This document shows, in pieces, positions 22,001 to 30,518 of a stretch of 64,000 nucleotides of DNA (its first letter is position 1; every line of letters begins with the position of its first letter). Where the stretch lies: positions 1-64,000 of the IMG/VR virus record IMGVR_UViG_3300034064_001073, one strand, 5' to 3'. The DNA comes from a virus. Position numbers and translations under genes: made by a program. Under the pieces are notes generated by a model. That model worked only from the letters and a program-made list of their open reading frames with translations. It was not told the origin of the DNA and made no database searches.

Positions 22001-23082
22001 ATAACCGAACCAGCAGCATCTCTATGGTAAATCTCAGCGCCTGTTGAAGCATCTTTATAATGTGACAGTTCTTGGATTGGCATCATAATGCTCTCAGCGT
22101 TTTCTCCGCTACCAACTCTGTACTGAGCATATCTAAATTTTTTACTAGCACTGTCCCCAATCTTCTGATCAATCTCTACAATGTTTGACCTATTGTAGGT
22201 CATATCAACGCCTCTTCTACCTACTCGCTTTTCAAAGTTTTTTATTCGTTGAGCTTCTTCTTCCGTTAGATCAGAATCTGAAAGAAATTTAACATTGGAT
22301 AGAGTGTTGTTTCCTGTTCCAAAATTAAGTAAACCTCTTGTTCCAGTTGCAGTCATTGCTCTGTTACCATGTAATCTTTTTGAGAAAACATCAGCCATAC
22401 CATCTACTCCGCCATACAAACTACTGAATGTATTAAGAAGAGGATTTAAAGCACGTCTTGCACCCTTAACATCCATGGGACCAAAGCTAGACCCCTGCAA
22501 TTTGGCAAGTAAACTTTGATAGGTTTTCTGTTTATGAGTTCCTTGAAACACTCCTGAGAATCTTTTATTTTGCATAATGTCAAGAAGCGTAAGTCTTGTA
22601 GCCTCAGCTTGTTGTCCATAGAATGAATTAGGATCTGCCGCAAAATTAAAATTGTTTACATTAAGAGGCCCATTAACAATGGGAATTCCTCCTGGAACTC
22701 CTTGGGCACCCATAGGAGTACTTGTTACCATCTGATTGGCTACAACAAGACCGCCACCCTTTAGTCTCTTTCCTTCAAACTTATTTTTTTGCTGACTCCA
22801 TAAGTACTGAAGTTGCTGAGCATTCATTGCATTTTCAATTGCAAACTGAAGACTTTTATTACTATCAGGTCGCATATTATTTGCTTTATACTGATTACTT
22901 AATGTCTCAAAGAAAGTTCCATTCTCATACTCGCCTAATGTATTTCCGATATATGAATCGGTAGTAGTGCCAGTTAGCATTTGCTTAACTGCACTAAGTG
23001 TTAAATCGCTGCCTTTTGCTTTTCCAAAAGCTAAAGCGCCTAACCCTATGCTTAGTAAGTTAAAAATCTTATCGCTAATCAT
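16090..23082 (-). CDS. giant virion protein with two-barrel (DPBB) RNA polymerase motifs; putative single-chain virion RNAP
   Basis: 2330 aa. SSDFDGDTAAV (D1856-D1860, nt 17503-17517), preceded by EGRLRGAEYGMVI..GIGMS and AVMGWQNPQIS and followed by VGIISN and LEQKAVGFKH. Beta-like LDQGDWLGKS...GEGTK at about aa 706-762. Confidence 0.7.
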   Translation of the reverse strand: MISDKIFNLLSIGLGALAFGKAKGSDLTLSAVKQMLTGTTTDSYIGNTLGEYENGTFFETLSNQYKANNMRPDSNKSLQFAIENAMNAQQLQYLWSQQKNKFEGKRLKGGGLVVANQMVTSTPMGAQGVPGGIPIVNGPLNVNNFNFAADPNSFYGQQAEATRLTLLDIMQNKRFSGVFQGTHKQKTYQSLLAKLQGSSFGPMDVKGARRALNPLLNTFSSLYGGVDGMADVFSKRLHGNRAMTATGTRGLLNFGTGNNTLSNVKFLSDSDLTEEEAQRIKNFEKRVGRRGVDMTYNRSNIVEIDQKIGDSASKKFRYAQYRVGSGENAESIMMPIQELSHYKDASTGAEIYHRDAAGSVMYSPTGRVMQINKDKTSEVMTGLEYLFGRDVYKNGKYGREGGAIMGMIDKSLQSGRRLSSSLFGGKDVDADDQYKILQYIDPVRTPSRALSLKAAQMKVVRTMNPMDEDLQLSDEFSPDDSSRVGEFDEFQRQAEGHGYVIEPLTSPNQTKKDIFNYRTVQRGPSGQVINTQTPDYVRAALGEVNPDTGQFYSTNDIGRRPGRHIISAYNVQNRGSQRALKHMRATLGDLYAFRGSGAFADMEKSGMIGFVHGSWLTTKRSMKENPQAVPEGTRIRVGASEGEEVVHPGRHFTIDKSTKGAPATRQPFQYNEKFKGIIDIAEKAGTGDAAARQAAIRQELQDNPIFLDQGDWLGKSVEGDNLTDVTVDVPGQGRLAILDVIPGTDDYTFSIGRVSGFGEGTKTFGATTSTESSLFDEQLTNDEYQSVKDFEKAQKDEFFTNAKQLAKTNRNTLYDQEVQRRAPEVDALKKALDQLTDKKKAAAAQKKIVGERRKFTRGEERKIMGNLRGGALEKAYENYKTSLGERVPLDQERELLEGLPEIFPTGPKGPSMTKRVNKNKKSTADLEAGLRSQRERYTVPESELLDAVFPTRPSFGKGTETGSVSLFDLMAERDQLLKSRKQKPPRVKNEDFQARAIGEVQALFNLEEEAKFWERNQDTIKYMAGTKSLPEQDRDVFTNMYRYFGGIPDGKEMLKNSISSRLSRQQKKVKGLQEEFERRGLGSLGDAESSFRSALMKTKGKQANAPSWMQGKRPNLQKSLTSSYNGPGAFSEQVIKKTINKYLGASGGSSAMVEELLGISGSQRKGLQSFFSGKNPFTLLEQGGVGGWTMAMENDAKVSPFGMSLGGPGIPRIERNKSLMPRLKEREVFEEEKLANADRLRQLNRMIGKGKTIAYKAIAGKKAEEETVKQFGTVAAQTDLKPQRDAHIAALKQIKEELADFKDQLPGYDSDATHSAWSSMRDSVRTGKANEILGTRNASAIAGAFAAVDPSFAGSTAEARTLPHTTFIGEGRNFIKGDNIRNVRTQQESAIGFLLNKFDASGNPLLGLRDIRNYAGDITSDAMYSVAGGDTATMEAGYKAFHAGMKKGMGESYSMEDTNALIGFLKRAEDAFIEDPSLMAEREQLLGNVFGFEQGSTFETMLNSNEGVQALVDLGIDKDFVSSVQSGIKNSKMVFNLSLHGVADSSSITPGNDARMERRFIDHIFYQLMDSQNERHGHMKKVWETIQQRIQTFDPSYVSQLASFAKNSNREIVKQDRVLDFTKQEAEPARRTAFNRIKTKGGFLKHEGGHIYIPSADDVKKLSLRDSRAGRNVEDTDLQEMITEVLNTVETNIADVDKKAFLDLRRKLMDVGARKGMEAFNAPFEGRLRGAEYGMVIANLDDKVAKETQGYGIGMSKRVIEGHFDEMMRGASASEKNYLKKMKRGVLEEGKKYAVMGWQNPQISVESVSTMAGYYDPRRDKTGGYTANILGEKVDIDGQEIWKRIGAFISGKTSSDFDGDTAAVMAVGAGNRNRSGKNIKDYWEGISDLISAPNLSTQYQRQKNYDMRSMANEKAIDESLQKLLTGGSVKLTRKQTAFMRQVGQEDVGIISNTARALHKINYVMRSTGGIDRGSSEEMSNFLQALEQKAVGFKHMAMSPRKLLYSRFHSALENEDLTKGLAEYKSLLKDFGFRDADKIDETSDATLGSFSLARASILAGGGKKSEKTTAGDILNSYLSGSADSEFALHQLDSGRSDMLIDFAMSALPEAKRQEFKKKVTEFKDALTGANASSFGAEDLARLNATEKAKAAGRGKNSVAKQLAQKELKENKESAKSLFANKFARAGMVGAAVTAGAYALFNSGYDDEPLVDVPPPPPGRMMMTPTNADMKLINSGNLLSDNYSNYNQTQDEEMARSAGSAEMSGAMSSPNSIASKSYLNNAAVRISNRGMIVDKTNPVEYARSIQGIIPGAQVGVKINHNYNIPSDLERQL

Positions 23083-23090
23083 AGTAAAAC

Positions 23091-26000
23091 TTACATAAAC
23101 GGATTAAGAGTATTGTACTCATTAAATGTTAGGTCAACAAAATCTTGGTTCCTATTAGGCCCTTGAATATTATAACTATTTACACCATACCCACTGTACA
23201 TCTTAGCAGCATTAGCCATTCCATTCAGTCCATTTCTAAAACTTAAGTTATTCAGATCTTGCATAGCTTTTTCATCTACATATGGTTTTCTAGGCATATA
23301 CGAGGCCCGGCTTGGATATATTCCAAAGTCATGATAGTCCATACCTTCAGACTGAATATATTTAAGCTTAACATCTTCTAGGTCTACTGCTGGATTAAAT
23401 CCAATCCAGTCTACAGCTGGCATTGATCTATGATTAAAGAATTGAGATACTTCTTGTAACTTTGCGCTTTCTACCATTTGAGGATCTGCTACATCAAATC
23501 CTTCTTTTTGTTTCTTTATAATAAGATCAGCTGCATAGTCCATACCATAAGTGGACATAGGCCCAGCCGTTGCTGCACGATTAATAGCCTCTAAGTCTTG
23601 GTTAAGATAAAAGCCTTCCATTAGTCTTGCCTTGTAATCTGGTAAAGCATCTATGATTTCGCCTTGGCGACCAGGATTCATCTCTCTCGCAAATCCTGCG
23701 GCAAACATAGATTCTCTTCCACCTAAAACATTTGCTAATCTATCTTCAGATACATAACCTGTTCCACCAACATAAGTATCTTGTGCTATATTCTGATATT
23801 GATTTGCTAGTTGGCCATTACCTTCCATGCTTGCCGCTTGAGACAAAGATGAATATTTAACATATTTAAGCTTGTCAAAGTACTCTTCAGTCTGTCTTTT
23901 CTCTCTTAGTCCTGGGGACTCAAAATTAAAACCAAGCCAATTATGTAACGCTGACTTTACAGCAGGAGCTATCCAGTCTGCAACTGGACTATCCCATCCT
24001 TTCATTTCGGTACCGTAAAGTTCCCTTGATTCATACTCTTCTAGAGCATCTCGAAATGGCAATAGCTTATTTACAGGAGACATACCAAACATTCCAATAT
24101 GCTCTATTGGCTGTGCAACTCTATTTGCAATATGTGTTGTAGCTTCCCATGCTCTGCCAAACATTCTTCCAATAGGATTAGTCATTGCATAGCTAGAGAT
24201 TTGAGAATCATCTCTAGCGAAGTCACCTTCTTCTCTTATATCTTGGTTAACATTAAAACCATTATTACTTACAGCGCCCCTAATAATACCTGAAGAGTCA
24301 ACTGCTTGACCAATACTAGCAGGAACATCTACTGATACTCCTTGTCCAACTTGAATCTTACTAGAGAACGCAGATTCATTTTTGCCTTTTAATTTCGCAG
24401 CTTGTTTGATTGATAAGTTGTAATCGCTAATTAAAGCATCAACATCATTAGATATGCCAGCCACACCGAATCTACCACCGTATCCTTCAAGAGTAAAGCT
24501 CATAGTCGAAGCATCAACTGATGAAACTCTTCCACTTATGTTGTCGTAAGTGCTTGGCTTGAATTGATACGTGTCGTATTCCATGTCATTCTTTTTGTTT
24601 TCTATCATTTGTTTATGGCGATAGAAGAATTTTCTTTCTTCCTGCGTCATATCTCCGCCAGCCTTCATTAGTTCGGCTTGCCTTAAGTATCCTTTGTACT
24701 GAGGAGATTGAGGAGCAACATCTCCAAGAATATTAAGTTTGTGAAGCAAAGGGTAATCTTCTGGATTGACACCTTTCAATTCTTTATGCAAAGCTACATA
24801 TCCCTTGCCTGGCATTCTATACTCACCTTCGCCATATCTGGTGCTAGTATATTGGTTGCCAAACTTAAAACTATCTGGCATCCAACTTGGCATAGCATTT
24901 TGAATAGGATTGTATTGCTTTAAATCATCTTTGTGGAGGAATCGTCTAATAGGCTCTGATACAAATGGAACACCAAGGAATGAACCACCACCCTGAAGAT
25001 CATGGAATCTACTTGCCATATCCATATTACGAGAGAAGGACTCTAGCTCTTGTCTTTGATCAGCAAATCCAGGAGTGCCAGTTAAGTAATTCTTAGCAGT
25101 CTTCGCATAGAAACCAACTAGTCCTCCAAGTGAAGTTGTTTGCTCCCAGAAGTCTCCAAGTACTCTTCCTGGAGAATACGGCGAATAGGGTGCAGGCAAA
25201 CCAAGTCCACCAATCTGTAAGTCTGGAATCTCATCAAGTCCAGTAGATCTTTCTAGTAGCTTTACATTTCCTTCTTCATCACTTCGAGCCCACTCACCTA
25301 CATGCATAAGTCTTGGCTTTTTGATAAGATCTGCAAAAGGTTGAATTAGCGGATATATAAATGGAACTTGATCAAACGCAGCACCTGTTATTGGCGCTGG
25401 CCTAGTCCAGTAGTTTTCTCTCTCAAGCTTGTATGTGAAATTCTTTAATACCATTTCCGTCAATTGACCGTGACCGCCAGATGCCCCAGCCTGAGTTGCA
25501 CCTGAACTTAAACGAGCTGTCAATGTAGGGCGGTAATAAAGAATATCAGTACCCTCATAACCTGTTTGACCCATTTCCCATTTTTGACCACGCTTAACAG
25601 CTTCTAGTCTTTTGCCTTGATTAAGCTCTCTAAGCTCAGCTGGGCGCTCTAGGGTACCCATACTGCCAGTTGCTGTGTACCATGCTGCTGCTGCTACAGT
25701 AGAAGCATACAGGATACTTCTCATTCTAGGCGCTACTCTTATTGCTTCTCTTAATCTACCAAATGCACCTTTCTCACTTGCAAAAATTCTCTCTTTTGCT
25801 TCAGCGTAAGTATGCTCAGTAATGTGTTCTGCTATTTCATCAAAGTTTGATTCATCTGCAACTTTGCCAATTGGGTTATTAAGTAATCCATATTCATTTT
25901 TTCTTTCAAGAGAGGCAATATAAGAATTTACATTACGCTCTACAACATCAGCCTGCTTAGATGATAGACCTCCTGTGTCGCCTCTTGCTATTGTAATAGC

Positions 26001-27968
26001 AGTTTCAAGTCTAGATCTTGCTGCGACTTTTTCTCTATCTGAAAGACCAGAGTAAGCATCCGCATGTTGTTTATTTAGAATTAGTACACGTGCAGATTGC
26101 TCTCTGACTTCTTGCGCCATTTCAGCAAGAGTAATATTATTTCTATCTTTAAACTTTGCTCTTAGGAATTTTGCCCGCTCATCTTGCTCAACTAAAACGT
26201 CACTCGATAGACCAGGAATCTTTAAAGTACTAGAAAGTCTTACTCCTCTGGTGGCTGTGACATACCCCGCACCAGCTAGGAAGCCAATACCCAAAGATGA
26301 AACTACACCAGTAGAGCCAGGCATCATTTCATTAACTGCACGTCTCCATGAGTTAACGCCAAGCGCTTCTCCTGTATAGCTTCTAATTTCATTTCCTCTT
26401 GCTGCAAGGTTTGCAAAGCCAGGTATTGGACCTGCTGCAAACGGACCAACTCCAGCCATACCAAGAACACCAAGAGCTGCTCCAATTCCCGCTCCAACAA
26501 GAGTACGTTTTTGAGAATTGCTTGTTATCTCCATGCCCATTTTTTTAAAGACATCAGAAAAGCCAAGATCATCTGATATCATTTCAGGTATTTTCTTTCC
26601 AAGGTAAGCACCTAGTACAGTTAATCCGACTGTCTGTAAACCTCCAGAAATGCCCCCTGTAATAGGGTCGGCATTCATCATGTTCCATCCTAGCTGATTG
26701 ACCGTAGCCATGGTTAATGCTACCTTTGCGGCCATGCCAGCATACCTCATAAGCATTGCAGCACCATGGCCATGGTCCAATCTTGGAGCTAGATTGTTTC
26801 TAGCTAAGAAGTTATAAATTTTCTTTTTTGGAGATGGAGATATATACTCAAGAAAATCTCCAGCTTGTCCATATAATTCAGAAAACAATCTTGAAGTTCT
26901 CTGCAAGGCCATAGAAGCATATGCCTCAGTTAATAACGCAGTTGTTGCATACTTCTTTAAGTTCATTCTTTTGCCAGGAGAAAGCATACCGAGACTTCCT
27001 GTAGCTATGCCCTTCCTTGTTAAAGTTTGCATTCTACCCATCATACGGGTTAACTCTGGATCCATATTCTTTTCTGCCAGTAATATAAATCCTTCTCTTC
27101 CTCCGATGCCTTCTGCAAAGGTTGCACCGGTCTTCCTATCTTTTAAACCTAGGCTAGGTTCTATAATTCCAAGCAAAGCTTCAGTGAACAAACCTTTATC
27201 AACTAGACGTGCTGTCTTCTTGTTAAGCTTCTTCTTAGGCCCAGCCATATTGGTGACTTCTCCGTACATGTTAAGTGTACCAGAGAAAACGTCTCCATTC
27301 TCAAAGATTAGGTAATCTAGAAGATTTAATTTTCTTCGACTAATACCTAATTGCTTTGAATATAAATCCAATGTTCTAGATCTATTAGTTGCTCCTAAGG
27401 AATTCATACTAATGTTTAAAACAGTTTTACCTTGTCTTTTTGTCGTATAAGACAAGACATCGCTCATGTAAGTAGCTCTAGCAAATAACTTAACAACATT
27501 ATCAAATATTGGTAAATTCAATCCACTTTGTTCTACTTTCTTAATTCCGGCATACCAAAAACTTTGAGGATCATCACTAGATCTAATGTTCATTAATTCT
27601 TGAGTTGCACGAAAAGTAACAGCCCTTAAAGTCTTCATTGCTTCTTTGCCAGTCTTTAAATTAAAGACATCGCTTACTTTATTAACATGGCTAAAACTTC
27701 CAGACAATTGCCACTTCTGGAACTTTGTACTCTTTGAGAGTTCACCTGCTCCTCGAATAGCACTTGGACCCATATAAAAAACAAGACCACCTGCAGCCGT
27801 TTTCATTGCAAGATTCAATGCTTGATCAGCTGCAGTAACTTCTTCTCCTGCTGCACCAGAACTCTCAGCCCATGTTTGCTTATCCTCGGAATACTGAGAT
27901 CTCTCAACCGACTGGGTAAGATCATGGTATTCTGCAAGTTGTTCTGCAATTGCATTAGGAAGTGGCAT
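23091..27968 (-). CDS. large tape-measure-position virion protein with several hydrophobic/glycine-zipper segments
   Basis: 1625 aa, directly after the tail chaperones. Several TM-like segments (e.g. LVGAGIGAALGVLGMAGVGPFAAG). Possible degenerate SNase-like OB fold near the C-terminus. Confidence 0.55.
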   Translation of the reverse strand: MPLPNAIAEQLAEYHDLTQSVERSQYSEDKQTWAESSGAAGEEVTAADQALNLAMKTAAGGLVFYMGPSAIRGAGELSKSTKFQKWQLSGSFSHVNKVSDVFNLKTGKEAMKTLRAVTFRATQELMNIRSSDDPQSFWYAGIKKVEQSGLNLPIFDNVVKLFARATYMSDVLSYTTKRQGKTVLNISMNSLGATNRSRTLDLYSKQLGISRRKLNLLDYLIFENGDVFSGTLNMYGEVTNMAGPKKKLNKKTARLVDKGLFTEALLGIIEPSLGLKDRKTGATFAEGIGGREGFILLAEKNMDPELTRMMGRMQTLTRKGIATGSLGMLSPGKRMNLKKYATTALLTEAYASMALQRTSRLFSELYGQAGDFLEYISPSPKKKIYNFLARNNLAPRLDHGHGAAMLMRYAGMAAKVALTMATVNQLGWNMMNADPITGGISGGLQTVGLTVLGAYLGKKIPEMISDDLGFSDVFKKMGMEITSNSQKRTLVGAGIGAALGVLGMAGVGPFAAGPIPGFANLAARGNEIRSYTGEALGVNSWRRAVNEMMPGSTGVVSSLGIGFLAGAGYVTATRGVRLSSTLKIPGLSSDVLVEQDERAKFLRAKFKDRNNITLAEMAQEVREQSARVLILNKQHADAYSGLSDREKVAARSRLETAITIARGDTGGLSSKQADVVERNVNSYIASLERKNEYGLLNNPIGKVADESNFDEIAEHITEHTYAEAKERIFASEKGAFGRLREAIRVAPRMRSILYASTVAAAAWYTATGSMGTLERPAELRELNQGKRLEAVKRGQKWEMGQTGYEGTDILYYRPTLTARLSSGATQAGASGGHGQLTEMVLKNFTYKLERENYWTRPAPITGAAFDQVPFIYPLIQPFADLIKKPRLMHVGEWARSDEEGNVKLLERSTGLDEIPDLQIGGLGLPAPYSPYSPGRVLGDFWEQTTSLGGLVGFYAKTAKNYLTGTPGFADQRQELESFSRNMDMASRFHDLQGGGSFLGVPFVSEPIRRFLHKDDLKQYNPIQNAMPSWMPDSFKFGNQYTSTRYGEGEYRMPGKGYVALHKELKGVNPEDYPLLHKLNILGDVAPQSPQYKGYLRQAELMKAGGDMTQEERKFFYRHKQMIENKKNDMEYDTYQFKPSTYDNISGRVSSVDASTMSFTLEGYGGRFGVAGISNDVDALISDYNLSIKQAAKLKGKNESAFSSKIQVGQGVSVDVPASIGQAVDSSGIIRGAVSNNGFNVNQDIREEGDFARDDSQISSYAMTNPIGRMFGRAWEATTHIANRVAQPIEHIGMFGMSPVNKLLPFRDALEEYESRELYGTEMKGWDSPVADWIAPAVKSALHNWLGFNFESPGLREKRQTEEYFDKLKYVKYSSLSQAASMEGNGQLANQYQNIAQDTYVGGTGYVSEDRLANVLGGRESMFAAGFAREMNPGRQGEIIDALPDYKARLMEGFYLNQDLEAINRAATAGPMSTYGMDYAADLIIKKQKEGFDVADPQMVESAKLQEVSQFFNHRSMPAVDWIGFNPAVDLEDVKLKYIQSEGMDYHDFGIYPSRASYMPRKPYVDEKAMQDLNNLSFRNGLNGMANAAKMYSGYGVNSYNIQGPNRNQDFVDLTFNEYNTLNPFM

Positions 27969-27998
27969 AGTAACTTACTATAAAAAGAGTATATTCTT
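27969..27998 (-). promoter_or_regulatory. candidate phage promoter/leader motif AAGAATAYACT-N4-TTATA-N10-ATG (copy 2)
   Basis: Minus strand reads AAGAATATACT CTTT TTATA GTAAGTTACT ATG. Contains the -10-like hexamer TATACT. Confidence 0.45.
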
Positions 27999-28019
27999 AT
28001 TTTCTCTTAAACACCTATC

Positions 28020-29081
28020 CTATGGTTTAGTTTTAAACCTCTTTTTGAAATTAGGCTTTTGTTTTTCTACTTTTGCCGCTTCTTCTCGCTCTTTTTCTTG
28101 TTTCTCAATTATAAGTTCATATCCAGCAGGCATAAGTCCCATCTCCATTTGCATTGCGAGAGCTTCTGCGTCTGTCATACCTGGACCATTAAAGTCTCCT
28201 GACTCAAATCCTCCAAGTTGATTCTGTCTATTAATTGTAATGCCAGGAACATTAACAGCAACTCCATTAGATATAGCAACACTGTCCTTCGGAGGAATAT
28301 AATCTGTCTTTGAAATCTTCTCTTTTACTTTATTCCTATTCTCGTCTTCCTTGCTTATTTTGTTTTGTTGCTCTCTGATAATATTCTCTTTTCTCCTTTT
28401 CTCAAGATCTTGCTTCTCTTGTTGTTCTCTTACTTTAAGCAATTCTTTCAAGAAGCTTCCTTCTTCAGAATCAGGAGGTACATTTGTTTTAACTGGTTCC
28501 TTAGCAGAAGCTACCTCTTTATTCATCTCTTCTTGGTCTTCTGGGTTATATATTTCGAGTGGCTGCTTAAGCATTCCATTCTCAAGTAGGTAACGCTCAG
28601 CACTAGCAAAAAGACTAGAGATCTTATCAAATGGCAACTTATCTAGCATCTCAAATGTGTATGCTTTAAAGACTAAACAAATAACAGTATACATCTGATA
28701 CTCAACGTTAGTTCTTGCAATGCTTCTATACATATTTAATCTATATGTAAAAGAACCAATATCAATTCTTCCGTTCTTATCAGGAATAATGCCAGAATCG
28801 CTAACATACATAATCAAGTCAGAGATAGTATCAACTACGCCAGCAGGTAGAAGATCTATCTCCATGTCTGTCCAACTCGGATCTCTAAGTGTATAGTCTC
28901 TAAAGATTTTCATCTTCAAATCCCATGGAGGAATGCTTTGGACCCGTTCAGCAAAACGAATCCTCTTGTACTCTCCCCATGGGATACGAGTATAGAACAC
29001 AGTCAACTTACTAGATAAGTTGTAAGGAATATCTATAACATATAAGGGGATATCTTTGTAGTTAAAGATATCTATATCCAT
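28020..29081 (-). CDS. putative tail assembly chaperone 2
   Basis: 353 aa. LLPAGVVDTISDLIMYVS resembles LPAGLPDLLVNMISRLS in the neighbouring chaperone. Charged C-terminus. Lies between tube genes and the tape-measure slot. Confidence 0.5.
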   Translation of the reverse strand: MDIDIFNYKDIPLYVIDIPYNLSSKLTVFYTRIPWGEYKRIRFAERVQSIPPWDLKMKIFRDYTLRDPSWTDMEIDLLPAGVVDTISDLIMYVSDSGIIPDKNGRIDIGSFTYRLNMYRSIARTNVEYQMYTVICLVFKAYTFEMLDKLPFDKISSLFASAERYLLENGMLKQPLEIYNPEDQEEMNKEVASAKEPVKTNVPPDSEEGSFLKELLKVREQQEKQDLEKRRKENIIREQQNKISKEDENRNKVKEKISKTDYIPPKDSVAISNGVAVNVPGITINRQNQLGGFESGDFNGPGMTDAEALAMQMEMGLMPAGYELIIEKQEKEREEAAKVEKQKPNFKKRFKTKP

Positions 29082-29098
29082 TTTTTATCTTATTATGT

Positions 29099-29614
29099 TT
29101 AGAGTTCTTTGCTCAGAGAGAAAGCTAGCTCAACAGGAATAAACGCGCTTAGACGGCTAATCATGTTAACAAGTAGGTCTGGAAGACCAGCTGGAAGATC
29201 TGAGATTGCTTCTTCTGAGAGAAGAGGAAACACGCAACCAGCCTCAAGGATTTCCTTGTTAAGCTTCTCTGCGTCTTGGCCAGCAATTTCTCTAATCATT
29301 TTCATCTCACGAACTCTGAGAGGGCGAACAACAAACCACTTGCCATCCTCATGAGGATAGACAATGACTGTGCCATGTCGCTCTTTCATCTTTGTAAGGT
29401 ATGACTTTGAGCATCCAAGCTTTTCAAGCGAACTATAAAGAAGTTCCTTTTCGTCAGCTGGCTCAGAATCTGGAGAATTATCTGGAAGGTCTTCTTCAGT
29501 TATTGAAGCCGAAATTTCTGCTTCCTTCTTTTCTTTTTCCTTTCTTGCCTTGTCTAGCTTTGCTGCTAGTTTAAGATCACTGTCATCTTGTAAAGTATCA
29601 TCTAGGTCGACCAT
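29099..29614 (-). CDS. putative tail assembly chaperone 1
   Basis: 171 aa. KMKERHGTV..WFVVRPLRVREMK..ILEAGCVFP is a typical myophage tail-chaperone pattern. Canonical position. Confidence 0.6.
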   Translation of the reverse strand: MVDLDDTLQDDSDLKLAAKLDKARKEKEKKEAEISASITEEDLPDNSPDSEPADEKELLYSSLEKLGCSKSYLTKMKERHGTVIVYPHEDGKWFVVRPLRVREMKMIREIAGQDAEKLNKEILEAGCVFPLLSEEAISDLPAGLPDLLVNMISRLSAFIPVELAFSLSKEL

Positions 29615-29622
29615 AAAAACTC

Positions 29623-30504
29623 CTAAGGACTTGCTTCAGTTTCGGGTTTAATTAACGTAAATTTATCTCTGGCTATGAACTTATAAACCTCCATAACAGG
29701 TTGGTCATCCGCCATAACTTGGTGACTTTCACCAATAAAATGAACTCCTTTTAATATTGTTGAAAAGGAATTACTATAATCTAAGATACCAGTTTGTTTT
29801 CCGTTTAATTTAGGATCACCATATGTAATAACAATATCTAGCCCAGGCCAAGTTGCTGCACTAGAATTATTAGAAAATTGGTCTGGTCTTTTATATATTG
29901 AATTCTTATCTTTTAGATCTATAGAAGTTTGTAGATTTCTAGGATCTACTTGGGTACTCGGACCATATTGAAAAGAGCCATTTGCTGTATCAATGCTTAC
30001 TCCATTTAATTGACGTTCACTTGGAGAAAATGCTGATCTATAGTCTTTTAACGCACTAGGATTATTAAATAAATCATTTAATAGCTGATCATAGTTATCT
30101 TCTTGTCTTGCCCCTGATCCATATGTTGCATTACTCATAATCGTGCGAATCGCCTCTGCCGCCGCCCCAGGTGCTTCTTCATCATTCTGAGTAAAAGCAT
30201 TTCTGCCTATAGGTCTACTTATTACGTCTTTCTTGTATTCAGCTGATAAATTGCTTGGGTAGTTATGGTAGTCTCTAATTATCTTAGAAAGATAATTTGC
30301 ATGTTGGTATGTCAAATATAATTGCCCAATAACAATAACTTGTCCTGTTGCAATTGCATCAAACACCATACTATTGTATCCATATATAGGTCTTTTATTC
30401 TGTGACAGTTCATAGGAAATGCCAAATGCATTACCAATTAAACTTTCACCAATAGTAAGTGAAATATTAGATCCAGTATATATACTTGCAACTTGTCTTG
30501 ACAT
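29623..30504 (-). CDS. tail tube-like protein (paralogue 3)
   Basis: 293 aa. YTGSNI, GISYELSQNKRPIYGY, GQVIVIGQL and YKFIARD are shared with the tube protein. Confidence 0.65.
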   Translation of the reverse strand: MSRQVASIYTGSNISLTIGESLIGNAFGISYELSQNKRPIYGYNSMVFDAIATGQVIVIGQLYLTYQHANYLSKIIRDYHNYPSNLSAEYKKDVISRPIGRNAFTQNDEEAPGAAAEAIRTIMSNATYGSGARQEDNYDQLLNDLFNNPSALKDYRSAFSPSERQLNGVSIDTANGSFQYGPSTQVDPRNLQTSIDLKDKNSIYKRPDQFSNNSSAATWPGLDIVITYGDPKLNGKQTGILDYSNSFSTILKGVHFIGESHQVMADDQPVMEVYKFIARDKFTLIKPETEASP

Positions 30505-30518
30505 TAAATCTCCAGAGT

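Noticed and set aside
29040-29130. Lambda G/GT-style programmed frameshift between the two tail chaperone genes
   Set aside because: No XXXYYYZ slippery heptamer at the end of the 171-aa gene; the second gene has its own ATG 17 nt later with stop codons in the gap.
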